Both the position numbers and the translations under genes were made by a program. This document shows positions 1 to 12,554 of a DNA stretch of 64,000 nt, one piece after another (the first letter of the stretch is position 1; each line of letters starts with the position of its first letter). This DNA comes from Dicyema japonicum (Eukaryota > Animalia > Dicyemida), in NCBI GenBank assembly GCA_011109175.1, contig RDEW01000007.1:1130295-1194294 (forward strand), read 5' to 3'. Under the pieces are notes generated by a model. The model had not been told where the DNA came from. It worked only from the letters and a program-made list of their open reading frames with translations, and made no database searches.

Positions 1-64
1 AACTATTATGATGTTACAAATGTTGCTTATAAAAAATAAAAATAGGACTAGATAATGTACTAAG

Positions 65-441
65 TTAATCAGAATTATTAAAGTAAGTATTGGCTCCACG
101 TTTTTCTAGATATATTGCTGCAGCAACACAGCCGTTCTGTATTGCCATGTGTAGTGGGATAATAGTTCGTTGTTGAGAATGTCAATATTAGCATTGTGTT
201 GTAAAAGTATTCGAATTATTTCCACATTATCTAATTTAGTAAAATTAAAACCACAAAGACAGGCCCAATGGAGAGGAGCAAGTCCTCCACATTCATTATC
301 TCTAAAATTGGGGTCACAATGTGTTGTCTTCAAAAGGTACTCCACCAATTGTTTGTTCTGACTATAAACAGCATAGTGAAGGTCAAATGAATAATTTTTG
401 TTTATTTCAACTAATCTTAAATCTATGTTTATTATATACAT
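65..441 (-). CDS. Ankyrin-repeat protein (5' end uncertain)
   Basis: Ankyrin motifs LHYAVYSQNKQLVEYLL, APLHWACLC-DNVEIIRILLQHNANID and PLHMAIQNGCVAAAIYLEKRGAN. There is a 21-nt GT-AG intron at 231-251. One missing C near 150 is needed to join the last repeat. Confidence 0.75.
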
Positions 442-449
442 TTACTAGA

Positions 450-1500
450 TTTTGATGTTCTCATTTGATTATGTTTGTTCGACAATACACAATAAAACTT
501 TAAAACCTCAACAATTTTATCGTCATTTCTGGATTATGTGGTTTCGACAACATTTAACACAAATGGGTGCTCTTCGGCGGACAACGAATGCTATACTTTC
601 TGTTTTTTGTCTTTATGTGCTTTATGTTACTGTTTCACGACTGAGATCTTACGTAACTACTCGAGATCTCCTTTCGACAAGGACATACTAAACCCTGACT
701 CTTTTTTGTGTTAGAAATCGTGGGATAATTTTTTTGCAAGTTTTTCTTCACGAAGCTAAAGAATGACCTTAATAAGGACCACTTTACGAGCTCCCAAGAG
801 ACGTACATTGAAGACAGCAAATATTAACTCCCCTTAACCCACTCATGAACGTTGGAACTTTGTAGGTATGATGTTTGAAAACCTCACATGTATTGCTGCA
901 AGGCCATGGTTGACTGAAATAGATTAATATTCTTTCTTGCAGATCGAGCGCTAGGAAGTTTTCCAAACCTTCTCTTACGAGATCATCAAACTTGGTTTGG
1001 ATCAGCCCCCAGGAATGGGAAGAGACCTTAAAAGATGACAATTTTTCACTTTCACGTGAAAGATCTCTCACGTAATGTGACGTGCGTCTCATTTACTGGT
1101 CAAGGTCACTGTTTTCCCCGATGAAGGCTCTTCCAAACGGAGGAAACAGTCAACTATCGGAGATCGTTGCCGCTTCGTCTACTAGAAACTTCCGAAGCTG
1201 TTGGAAGACTTAGTAAAAACAGTCATTAATAAAACTAGGATTCGATTATGACGCAATTCAAGGACCACCGCAAACGGAGATGATTTTTAAGTTGCATAGG
1301 AAATTCCATATCCTCGACATTGCCCACTGTTTTCTAGCAGCTAAAGCTTGATTTGTTGCTAATATTTTATACATTCTACTTAAGTTCCTCACATTTCCCA
1401 CGGGGTTCATGCAGTTGAGCCAGTCTTCCAACTTCGGATACTGTATTTTCATTAATTGCTTCAGTAGGAGGGACACCAGAGTTTGTTTTTGCTTTGCGAA
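450..1500 (-). mobile_element. Highly degenerate DNA-transposase-like remnant (possibly hAT)
   Basis: Broken minus-strand ORFs without micro-intron structure. KNYPTIS... weakly resembles the start of a hAT dimerisation domain. Confidence 0.25.
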
Positions 1501-1721
1501 AACAAAGGTGTCATGTGAAAGTCAAAATATATGTATTTTAACATCAACGACCCTCTAATTGGATAAACTTGTGTATTATTATTTATTGTCGTATAGTATG
1601 AGAACCCGCGGCCATCTTCGTGTCCGGGCTAATGAGTCAAACTTATCAGTCCAAAACATATGGTTACAGGAGTCTTAATGAAACCAAAGGAATCACAATA
1701 TATCCATAATAACCACAAGTA

Positions 1722-4700
1722 TTGAACCGAAACCGAAACCAATTTATTCAACAGTAAATAAGGATTTAGTTTAAGGGATATTTAAACGTGTCCGCCTATG
1801 CGGCCTAGACACTTCCGATGCACCCCGTCTCCATTTAGTCTCTTTCTATCGTCGGATCCTATCGATCCTTTTCTCTACAATATATTTGACCGGTGTTAGA
1901 ATCTTGTCTTCTTCAGTACTGAGAACATCAAAAAGCTTCTTTTCCCAAAGCCAACTTTATTGCCGACCTTCTAATTTTTCCCATAAGTAACATAATTCTT
2001 TCTCTTTGGCAAGAGAAAAACCATGCTTCGCATCTATACAGCAGCTCTGGAAAAATGATTCTCATGAAGATGAACAAGAAGGTTTCCATGCTTACAAACA
2101 ACTTTCTTGTACATAAAAGTGCTTGAAGCGCCTTCTTCTGTCTAATGTCCTCCATGAAGGACCTTTCCCGTCGATTACTATCTCAAGGTAGCGCAGTGAA
2201 TTTATTTTTGGAATGTCAGAGGAGTAATGCTGCGTATGATGCCTCCTTAGGCGACTGACTCTTAAATAGGTGGACTTCTCAGTGGACAGTTTCATCCCTC
2301 TCTTGTGCACCAGTCCTGTACTTGTTCAATGAATGACTTGATTTTTTTCCGAGAGAGTTGATTTCCCGGATGTATCCGTGATCAGAATATCATCAGCGTA
2401 TATCAATAATCTGTTGTTCGTAACCGGTGGAATTGGGAAGTCTGACAAGAATATGTTTAACAGAAGTGGGCTCAAGACAGAACCCTGTGGAACTCTCCTC
2501 TTCAGTATGAAATCTTTTGACATATTTGCTCCAACACGTACTTGGGAAGTCCGTCCTGTTAGGAAGTCCTTTAACCACATGAAAAGTTTCTTTTGTATAT
2601 CAGCAGCTGCTAGCCTTGATAGGTGGGCTTCGTGCCACACCCTATCAAAAGCCTTGGACAGATCCAAACATACCAGGTTGACTAGTCTTTTTTAATTCCA
2701 GACCTCTCAATACAATTAATGCATCTTAGATAATCCTTGCATGATTTTCCAGGTCTAAAGCCACATTGTTTTGCGAGGAGGAAACCACTTTCTTCTATGT
2801 GGTCGTTAAGCCTTCTGAAGATAATTCGTTCGATAATCTTAGAGATCGAACAGATGAGGCTTATCGGCCTATAGCTGAGAGGGTCCCTCCTCGATTTTCC
2901 CGGTTTCAGTATCATTCTGACATAGGAAGATTTCCAGCGTTTTGGGACATGACCATGATGAATGCTTGCATTGAATAAATTCTTAGTATGGGAAATAGAT
3001 CCTCTGGGCTTCCTTGAACAATCTCATGCTTAGATGGTCATGCCAGGAGCGTTAGCCTTGCATTTCATGATTGCAGTCATGACTTCTCCGTAGTTATTTC
3101 ATTTCAGTATCTTTAGATCGTCCAAAGAGTAGGTTAAAATTTCACGTGAAGAATCTAACATCTCCCTCGGAATAGCTCCATCGGGTTGACCCCCTGAATG
3201 CGGTCCAGTTGTTCTTAAAATATCTGGGGCTTCTTCCATAGAACATAGTCCACCTTCTGGCTTGGTCAAGGAGATTTTTATGTCATTCCTTTTCTGGCCA
3301 GTTATTCTTTTGTAGAACTTCCAGAACGAGGGTCTTTGGTGTTTAGTTTGCTTGCCTCTACCCTCAAACATTGTTCTTGAGATAGTCTGTCTTCTTATCT
3401 TTCTTCAATTGTCCGGTCAATGCAATCCGGTCTATCCAGTCCACACATCTTCTGAGTTTGTCCTTAGGCGATTCCTTTCATTGATCAAAGATAATGTGGA
3501 ACGAAAGTCTGATACTCTTTCCATCATTGTACTTGAGGATCTCCTTTTGCGTAAAGCATTAAGTATGTCTCCATCATGATGGAGAGTTCATTGTCTATGA
3601 TGTCGATTTCACTTCGGGAATAATCTTTATCTTTCCAGTCTTTGAGGTTTCTTGATATGTACCTTCTGTAGTGCTCCCAGTTTACTCTTGTTAGGTCGTA
3701 ACCTATAAACACAGAGTCCATGGGGTCTGGAGCTAGGTTCAATAACATCTCCTGGGGTATATGGTCACTCCCGATGTCTCACATGATCATCGGATTCTCT
3801 ACACAAGTGTAGAGCAGTGGTGACACCAGGATCACCCCAAACATGTCTCCCCCGTAGTGCGAGTAATGATTCGGTTTTTCCGATGTCAAAATCTCAAAGC
3901 CAATATTATCACTCAATTTTCTTAATCTGATTCCATCCTCGTTAGTTCCGAGGCATCCACATTTAATGTTCTTGGCATTTAGATCACCCACTATTTCTAT
4001 AAAATTGTATCCCTGTAGCATTGCGGTGTTGATCTTTTTCACCTTGGTCTCGTTGACCACCAGGATGTCAATCTTGGTGGACGATAGTAGTAGTGCCAGA
4101 TAATAACGCCTCTTCTTTAGGATCGGACGTTCACTATCTTCAAGTTTCTTTTTAATTTTCTTATTGGTGGCCCGGGCTCTCCATGGCCAGGTCCACCATA
4201 CTGCGTAAATCCACCCCGAGTATGCCGCTTAGCTCCTTCAGTCTTGATATTATTTCCTTTAGTTCTTTTGTAATACTCCATGATAACTTTTCCTTCGGTA
4301 GGCCGACTCTCGAGGAAGAGGAACAGCTTCGTACTTGTTAGTTCTTGCGCCAATTACCCTTTTTTGGGCTGGCAGTTCCAATTTCTTGGTTATAATATCT
4401 GTCTGTTTTGGTTCCCTGTTGTCGATTTGGGAGTTTAACTTTCGTCTGGCTTCCATGAATACAGGGCATCCTTCGTATCTTTCGCCGTGTTTTGTTGACC
4501 CGCAGTTAACACATTTTCGTTCAAGAGTTGGATCCGCATTACACTTGGTGGTGTCGTGTTCTCCCGCGCACGAAAGCATTTTTTCTTTCCCATGCACTGG
4601 TATGCAAAGTGGCTGATTTGCTGACAGCTGTAGCAGATTGGTGGTCTTCTTCGCATCCATTCACAAAAAATCTTGTTCATCCCGATGTAGAAGCCACATC

Positions 4701-5100
4701 GTATTAGTTATGTAGCCTTCGACTTCATATTGATAGTGGCCTTCTCAATGACATGGTATGCGATCCTCTGGTCATTCGGGTAACCTTCATGACTGAGGGA
4801 GCCACCTCCTGAAGGTAGTCCAAGAGGTCCTCCTTCACCTAGAAGGGGAGGTTCCTGAGGACAATCTCAGACGGTTTTGTTGAGATTGTTTTGAAATGGT
4901 GATTGTCATTACCAAAGAGGCAGGTCTCATTCACAGCTTCTATAAAGGTGGCCACATGGGAGTTATCCAGGAAATCCAGTCGGAATGAGCCCGGTCCTCT
5001 GTGGCTCATCCTCATAGTTCCGTATTGGTCATAGTATTTAATCGCATTCATAGTAGAATTCACTGTGATTAATATAGTCTAGTTCTCTGAATGATCAGAT
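1722..5100 (-). mobile_element. Near full-length degenerate Jockey/I-group LINE (ORF1 gag-like, AP endonuclease, RT)
   Basis: ORF1 zinc knuckle CYSCQQISHFAYQC (CX2CX4HX4C). Endonuclease motif IVGDLNAK. RT motifs SYRPISLICSISKIIERII, DLSKAFDRVWH, PQGSVLSPLL and YADD. The 3' end has AATAAA followed by a (GGTTTC)n tail. Confidence 0.9.
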
Positions 5101-5920
5101 TTCTTGTTTGTGACTGGATTTGGGGGTGGGACCCAAAACACTAGAGGCTGCTTTTTGTGTAGCAACGACTATTTCCTCCTATATTTTATTTGTTGGTTGA
5201 TTTTTGTTAATGGAGTTGATGCTATTCCTCAGAGTTGTACTATATCGAGGACTGGTAGATTTTTTACAACGTCTCCGTGTCGTATTGTACTGAGGCGATA
5301 CCTTTGCGTTTTTCCATGTATTCCATGAATTCTGTTTAGTATTAGCCGAGCGACAAGTTTTTGATGCTAGTTTCAAGTACACCGTATGATTTTGAATTTT
5401 GCACGAGGGCTTTCTGATTTTGCTTGCAGAAAATATAGTCAATCTGATTGTATATTCGGATTGTGTTGCCTGATTTGTCTTTTCTGGTGCCAACCCAAGT
5501 GGTCTTGTGTTTGCTGAGTGCTTGAAACAAGTATTGCATAAAAGTAATTGAACGCGGTGCAAAATTGTATCAGTGACTCTCCATGAAGGTTGCGACGATT
5601 TCTTCCGTGGGCTCCAATCCACATTTCCCGGGTTTGGCTTTCAGTCATCGGCAACAAGAGGACGAAAGAGAGTTGTATACACTTGTGAGAGTACAGTAAA
5701 ATGCGTACAGCTCTTCGATATTTGTAAAGACTCGCACTCCGCTTGTGGCATACACATTTATGATGGAGACGACTGAATTGATTTTATTTCCGGATTTGAT
5801 TTACAGCACTGCGACACGGTCATATCCTGCCCGGATTCTTGTAACATAGTGAATCAGGTCCTAATGGACTGCAACTCCGTGACCATAATGTCTGTAGGCC
5901 GATGAGAGGGTGAAAATGTG
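5100..5920 (-). mobile_element. RTE-clade LINE fragment (endonuclease region)
   Basis: Motifs HKTTWVG...YNQIDYIFC and LHGESLIQFC. 5670-5915 aligns by eye to 62380-62615. Confidence 0.75.
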
Positions 5921-6007
5921 GAACCAGCGTAATTTTTAATTTCTAACAAAATATTGAAAATTAAATAAATTATTATTGAAAAGTAAAATTTATTGATTAT
6001 AATTAAA

Positions 6008-9000
6008 TTAATTGTGAATGCTGTATTCAACTTGAGTGCAATTGTAATAAGCATATATTTCCTTTGCAATCATCAATAATGTTGATTCTAATAATAAGAC
6101 CATTATTACCAATATTTGAAATATTACAACTTATTTCCTTCACTAATAGAATATGCTTACCAGTATTTATATTTTCTTGACAACAAATCACCCCCATTAT
6201 TAAGCAAACTAATTCGTTTAACTCGAAACCCTGTGGTTAACGGATAGTATACAAGAATTATGAAAACTCCCTCTTTTTCCGACAAATTACGAGAGTCAGT
6301 GATGTCGTAGAGTGCTCTGAGTATTTTGTTGACTTGTTTGTAATGGAATTTGCTAAAAAAATTGAAATAGGAGACTAAATTCTTTGTCATAATTTTGCAG
6401 AGTCCTCTCTTGTCCTTTTCTGGATTAAAAATCTTTGTAGCTTCTTGTACATTAATCTCCACCATAGACGAGAGTGAGTAAATGTTTTTCAAATAAAGTT
6501 CCGTGTAATTCTTCATCAGTTTTACAGGTAAATTGATTTGATTTTGGTTAACCAGACGACTTTTGAAATAGATGTGATTCCTTTGGAAGTCATCAAGGAT
6601 AACTTTATTATCCACTGTAATCTACAATACATGCAAATGATTACAGTCGTAGCATTCATAAAAATGAAAATTTTATTGACCACAGTGGCTGATGAAGAAG
6701 ATTCTGAAAATAAGTTAAATCTAACCATTTGTGATGAAATAATTAATTATAGTACCGCAATTGTCGAATCCTTTACTTCCAATGAAAACAGTGGCTATGT
6801 TGGTCAATTTAGACTTGTAGTACTCCTTATGTATTTACCATAACCAACCATTATCGTGAACACTCCCTTCGAAAAAGAAATCATAATTTCCTTCATTTTA
6901 ATTCTTTTTATATTTGCAGTTTTGTAAATCTCACTAATGTCGTTTATGCTCCTTGCTAGTTTGAAATAGTAGTCTGGGTTGTTTATCTCTCTCGTGAAGT
7001 CTTTTACTATTCTGTCAAGATCTGGAATGGGGAGACGAACCCATTCGAATTCTTCCAATTTATGCTTTATATCTTTAATCATTTTCGAGTCTCGATTTAT
7101 GTTCGGTGATGTCAAACAACAGTTTTTTATTTCTTTAGACAAGAGTATAAAACTAGATTCTTTGTAGGATCCCACGTCCTCGTTTCTGACTTTCCCATAA
7201 ACTTTTTCTTTTTCTTTAATCTCGTATTTTTTTATTTTTTCAAACAAATTCAACTTTTCCAGCAAAAAAATATAAACGTCGTTAAATTGTCTGTCTACAT
7301 AAAGAAGGAAGAGGGGACTGTTGATGAGGAAGTTCTTGACTTCCTTGTTTAGTTTGTTAATGATGACTATAATCTACAAATAAATTGATATACTACACTG
7401 TCAATGTCGCCTACAGCCAACAAGTAGGATGTTAATGAAACAAACTCACGTGCTTAAATTATGACTCATAAACAACCTATTTCGTACTTTTGGTATCTTT
7501 TCTTGATTAACATGAGATTAATTTTTCCGAATAAATCACCACCGTTCATAATTTTGGTGATAATAGTGATTCCCACAAGTTTCTGGTTGTGATAGGCCAA
7601 TATTGAGAAACCAAAAAAATCATTTAACATCAATTCGTTTAGGATTTGCTTATTTTCTTTTAAATTTTTTCTCAGCAGTTTCATGACGTCTTTATTGAAG
7701 AGTTTATAGTTGAATTGATAGAAAGATATTCCATTTTCCTTCTTCAAAAAGTATTTTGAATAATATTCTTTGGGATTCCTCGGTTTTAAACGATTTATGT
7801 TTTTTTCCGTCGACAAAAATCCATTTAAAACGATTTGACTCTCTGAATTTTCACTGATCCATTTGTGTGTAAGTGTCTCGTAGAACTCTCGGTTGAAATA
7901 AACAGGGAAAATCGTTGGGGAAAACTTTATGTGGACATGTTTACTTTTCTTGTTATCTGCAATTAGTTGTGAATTAAAAGAGTCTAGCAAATTGATATTA
8001 TTAGGATGGTAGTAGTGATATTTGTCAATCATATCCCTATCGATCCTAAAAACGTTTTGATTGTAGTAGTCTGGCGTTCTCTACCATTAATTTAGATCAT
8101 CAATACCAGTTGGTCTACTGGTGAATTCATTGCCCAATAGGGGACGTCAATCTATGATTAGTAACAACTGAAACCTTGGAAATATCAAATTCAGTAAGCT
8201 GATGAGAAAAGACCGTTGAATAGCTATTACACATTGTTTTTGGAAGACCCGTGAACTCCATGATGTGACTATCTGTATTGTTAACGAGGATTGTGGACTT
8301 TATTTAACACACAACTTACGTAAATGCAGTTGAATGTTGTCAACAAGTAGGTAATATTTTTAAGGAAAAAGTTAACGTGTTCCTTCATTTTAGTTTGATC
8401 GAATGTCGACTTGATTATAAACACTCTTCCTATATTCCATAATAGTCGTGGAGTTACTAAAATATAAGCTATTATCTCCATATCATCAAATTTATACTAA
8501 AATGGTAATTTCCAAACATACATAGACTTTAGTGTTGGAGATTCGGTTGTCATCATCACACACCAAAACGTCAAAGTAAACTTTATTGTTGTTTAATTTA
8601 TTAATAACATAATTCACTACACCAGTGTTGTCGATCAAATTGAGTATATTTTTGTTTACATCGCTTATTTTGATCACTTTCATGTCAATACTGAACAAAT
8701 TGATGTAATTTTGAATATCTTGGTTGTACGTCAAAAACTTGTACTGTTTGAAACATTTTTGGAAGATGTAGGAATTTAATATTTCAGAATTGAAACATCC
8801 TGACATATAAGTAGTAAAATTCATGTTATTAGGATCTCCAAATAACTCGGTTTTATCTTTATAGGCATAGCCTAAGAATTGATCCATCATTATGATCATT
8901 ATATAATTCTGTGTGTTATTAGCCTTGCAAATGGCATAACTAAGTAATAATTCCTTATCACAATTAACACACGTGGAGACTTTATTCTTTAATTCATCCA

Positions 9001-9025
9001 AATCTGCATAGTATTCATTATTCAT
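6008..9025 (-). CDS. Orphan ~921-aa protein with tandem GNAT-acetyltransferase-like modules, 11 micro-introns
   Basis: GT-AG introns at 8497-8521, 8298-8319, 8152-8174, 8081-8106, 7453-7476, 7374-7393, 6826-6848, 6704-6725, 6622-6644, 6231-6252 and 6088-6109 join six listed ORF fragments. The result is one open frame of 2766 nt (922 codons including stop). The GNAT call rests on motif resemblance only. Confidence 0.75.
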
Positions 9026-9619
9026 TTGGTTTAGGGTTTTCGGTAATATTTATATTTTTGTGTATTACATCACATTATTTATAATATAATTATATAACAT
9101 TCATGTTTCGTTGTTGCATAAGATTTCACAAACATTTTCTTTGTTCCATTGAGTTTACTCTCCGTTCCGATCTCTATCAGAGGGAAAACTAGGAGTCCAC
9201 TCCCACTCCTCTATTTTTCCATCTGAGCTGTGTGCGGTTGTCAAAAGCTGCTGCTTGTGCAATTTCGAGTTGGGATTATCTACCTTGCCTCTTTAACCAC
9301 TCTGATCTATAGTCCTTAGTGGAGGGGTGTCTTTAATGTTCGGCTCCACAGTCTAAACTGGAGGAAATTCAAACTCCACTACCTCAGATTTGTGGGCGAC
9401 ATTGCCCTTTCTGCCTTTCTTAGTATGCTTCATGTCTTTTCCTGTTGTCGGAGATTTTATCCAACACTTCGAAAAGTCTTTCTCAAAGTCCTAACAGCAT
9501 GGGAAGGGTTGGGCTATTTCTCGAAGGTCTTGGAATCACTTTGCGCTCTCTGCAGCTCAAGAAAAACCTTAACCAACAGCTCCTGGATTGATTTCGCTAG
9601 GTATGCATGAAACATAGTA

Positions 9620-9935
9620 GTTTTTGATTAGATGCCTACACAATCCCTGGAGGGGGTGGACTTTGGTTGATAGTGACAGCCTTCGCATCGGCATCACTTA
9701 TCACCTTGATTTGGATGTTTGTGAGGCTCACTGAAGCAGATGTGGGAAAATGATTGATCGGAAAGGATCCACCCACTCTGCTCCAAAAGAGACATAGAAG
9801 ATTTCCCAGGCACGCAACCCTGAATGATATCATTAAACGTGTTTTTGAAGCTGCCGGGTTCTCTTCCATCATCGTATTTGTTTGATATGGAAAAAGACCA
9901 CAGGGGATGACAATCACTCTCTTGTAAGGGATGTT
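9620..9935 (+). mobile_element. CRE-like (restriction-like endonuclease) non-LTR fragment
   Basis: HATLNDIIKRVFEAAGF...GKRPQG matches HAAMNNIVMRALEAAGF...GKRPDG of the 41960-42835 copy. Confidence 0.7.
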
Positions 9936-9949
9936 ATTTGCATTGATAC

Positions 9950-10654
9950 CTTTTATGATGAATATAATACAAACTCGGCCACTGACTTTGCCGAACGGCC
10001 ACTCAACCAATATAGTTGTACTTCTTTCCATTCTTATCAAATGTGGTCTCAAAATTAATTTGCACAAATCCGAAATTTATGATCTTAGATTTTTACAGGA
10101 TGAATTCTCTAAATCACGATCTAGAATGTCAGTTTGATAAATCGCTTTTTTCACAGATCAAGTTAAAATTATTATATGGTCGACCATTAACGTAACTTTC
10201 TGGTCATTAACATAGGATAAGGGTAAATATATTTTTGGATAAAAAACATCTTATAACTCATAATGAGGTCAGATTTTCAGTATCCTAAAGACCAAGACGA
10301 GGATGAGCTATTTCAGGAACTTCTACCTATATTCAATCAGAACCAGAAATTACACCAATGACTAATTTTCCTGAAATCCTTAAAAATCTTTATTATGGAG
10401 AGGGAATTGAAGACCCTATATCTTTGATAATGCCTGTATTCATCATTTTACGGACAATCTCCATGTTCCTTTACCCCCTATTGGCCATTTCTCGAAACAA
10501 TTTAGGATTTATTAAGCACGTGGAAGAACAATATGTTTCCAGAGGAGTTGTTGAAAATGAGAAAATTAAAAAAAAGTTTGTTTTTACTCTTAAAAAATTT
10601 ATTAACGCTATTGATCGGGAATGGTCGGGAAACCATATACAGTTGGGCAAATAA
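9950..10654 (+). CDS. Putative micro-intron-containing gene, product unknown
   Basis: A 98-aa ORF (10358-10654) preceded by short open segments separated by GT-AG stretches. No motif recognised. Confidence 0.3.
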
Positions 10655-11153
10655 GTAATGGAACACCTATTTTTTTAATTTGACATATTTTATAATAACT
10701 TTTTCGATTTAGTTTATCAACTACACAAATCTTGCATCCTTTTTAACACATTTTGTATTAATTATATTCATGAATTTCAAATGATTGAAAAATGTCAAAT
10801 TTGATGCGTCAAAAAGTGCACTATCCAAGAAATATGGATTTTTTCGACAAAAAATGAATGATTATCTTTTGATATTTTGTTTTTTCTTTGGAATGGTTGA
10901 TTAACAGTTTTTTTTAATATAATTGATTAATTATTATTAAACCCCGGGAACACAGGAAAAAGGAAAAACTTGTCGTCTAATTAGCAATTTAATCGATGTG
11001 GGCAATTGTCGTTGATTATTATAAAAGAGTCCTATATTACAAGTGAAAGGCAGTTCTTTGCATCATTTTGTTGAACGAGTGCTTTTAAACACGGTTACTA
11101 AATGTAAGTACATGCATAAGCTAATGTAAGTGTGGGTTATTGCTGTGAATAGA

Positions 11154-11270
11154 TAGCTGGTTGATCCAGTATTCATATGCTTATTTTACAGATTAAGCCA
11201 TGCAAGTGTAATTTCATGTTTTCTAATGAGCGAGACCGCGAACGGCTGATTAAATCGGACATAACTTATT
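11154..11270 (+). pseudogene. 18S rRNA 5'-end fragment (pseudogene)
   Basis: TAGCTGGTTGATCC-AGTATTCATATGCTT...GATTAAGCCATGCAAGT...GAGACCGCGAACGGCTGATTAAATC matches the universal eukaryotic SSU 5' end. It has substitutions, lacks the TGCC of GATCCTGCCAGT, and stops after ~117 nt. Confidence 0.85.
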
Positions 11271-11529
11271 TTTTTAACACCCAGACCACGGTAAAACCAA
11301 AACTAACTATCACGTGATCCCGATGCGCTCCGCCAAAATCCTCATTCTTTCCCGGTGCTCCTCCTCGCACCCACACAAGCTCGTACAGGGCGGCTGACTG
11401 TATTTGCAGGGTCACCTTCCCGCATGCCGGAGTTTTGTTTAATGAGGGTCTCCAGAGTAGTCGGTCCGGTTCTGTGTCTCCCACAAGACCACCACTCCGT
11501 CATTCTGAAAGCCTTCTTTTGAACGTCCT

Positions 11530-12085
11530 CGATTTTCTTAGTGTTCGTCCATTATAATGAAGGTCCCCACAAAGCACAAGAGGGAAAAGTTATGGAGAGA
11601 TTTCTAAATTGTTGACATTGCCAAAAAGTACTGTTCGGAATAACACGGAACTGTTATTAATCGACAAAGATCAGGTGCTCCGAGGAAAATATCTCAACGT
11701 TCTTGCTCATTAATGAAAGGAAATAGTTTGTACAAAACCAAGAATTACTCGAAAAAAATGGCTGATGATTTGAATATTACAGGAACATCAGTATCCCTTC
11801 GTAAAATTACTTCTACAATACGCAGTGAAGGTATCAATATGCGAAAGCCTCGTCGTGTTCCATTATTAAAGAAAATACACATTTCTGCACGAATTAAATA
11901 TACCAAATATCTTAATAAAGAAAATGAATTCATAAACAATATTTTATCAAAAATACAACTTTTCGGACTGAACTACATTCCATATTTGGCGTAAATCCAA
12001 TCAGGCGTATAATCAAAATGGCCCATACCTACCATAACACACGGGATAAATAGTATCATGCTGTGGGGCTGTTTTTCATCACTGT
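11530..12085 (+). mobile_element. Tc1/mariner transposase pseudogene fragment
   Basis: HTH segment GKSYGEISKLLTLPKSTVRN, then RKPRRVPLLKKIHISARIKY, then PTITHGINSIMLWGCF (~PTVKHGGGSVMVWGCF). Frameshifted. Confidence 0.8.
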
Positions 12086-12094
12086 TTTTCACCG

Positions 12095-12225
12095 AACATA
12101 CCGTCATTAACTAGGTCGTGTAGTGTTTCTTTGAGGTTGCTGAATTCCCGTCGGCTCTGGAATCTGTAGGCCTAGACCGTGGAAACGGCATCACGGTTTT
12201 CCATTTCTCTAGGGCGTGCACTAAC
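12095..12225 (+). mobile_element. CRE-like RLE fragment
   Basis: EFPSALESVGLDRGNGITVFHF is similar to [27 protein letters not shown]. Confidence 0.6.
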
Positions 12226-12249
12226 ACCTTTCCCATTTGAAGTTATTTG

Positions 12250-12470
12250 ATTCTGCGTCAAAAGCTAGGGCCCACGAGGATTTGAAAACTCGTCAGTTAG
12301 TCCCCGCCCTCCCTGCGTGGCTGTTCCCTCTCAGAATTGCGAGCGAAATTCGCTCAAACAGCCAGCGGCGTTCGCGGAGATCTCCAGTGCATGAGGTGAT
12401 CCGGTTACCAAGACGTCCGAAAAACTCGAGTGTAGAGGGGGAGTAGGATCTGGAAGTCTCCATAGCAAGG
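12250..12470 (-). mobile_element. CRE-like RLE C-terminal fragment
   Basis: GRLGNRITSCTGDLRERRWLFERISLAILRGN is the typical end of an RLE domain. Confidence 0.7.
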
Positions 12471-12554
12471 GGAAGTTTTTTGAAATATAAATGTTCTTGA
12501 ATATATTCACTCTCAAATGTTGTACAAAAATTATTGTAAAACCGAGAACATAGG

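Noticed and set aside
1788-1805. SINE1 3' segment GTGTCCTGCCTATGCGG matching the Jockey LINE 3' hairpin as a SINE-LINE partnership
   Set aside because: The 16/17 match is antisense to the LINE, does not extend, and is within chance range for an all-against-all comparison of this window.
6000-9025. Back-to-back AT-rich ORFs resembling an integrated virus or Polinton gene array
   Set aside because: All ORFs join through canonical micro-introns into one frame, and no viral hallmark motifs were seen.
12095-12470. Twin-priming 5' inversion of one CRE element
   Set aside because: The inverted piece abuts the 3' end of the other fragment rather than its 5' end, so two independent insertions fit better.
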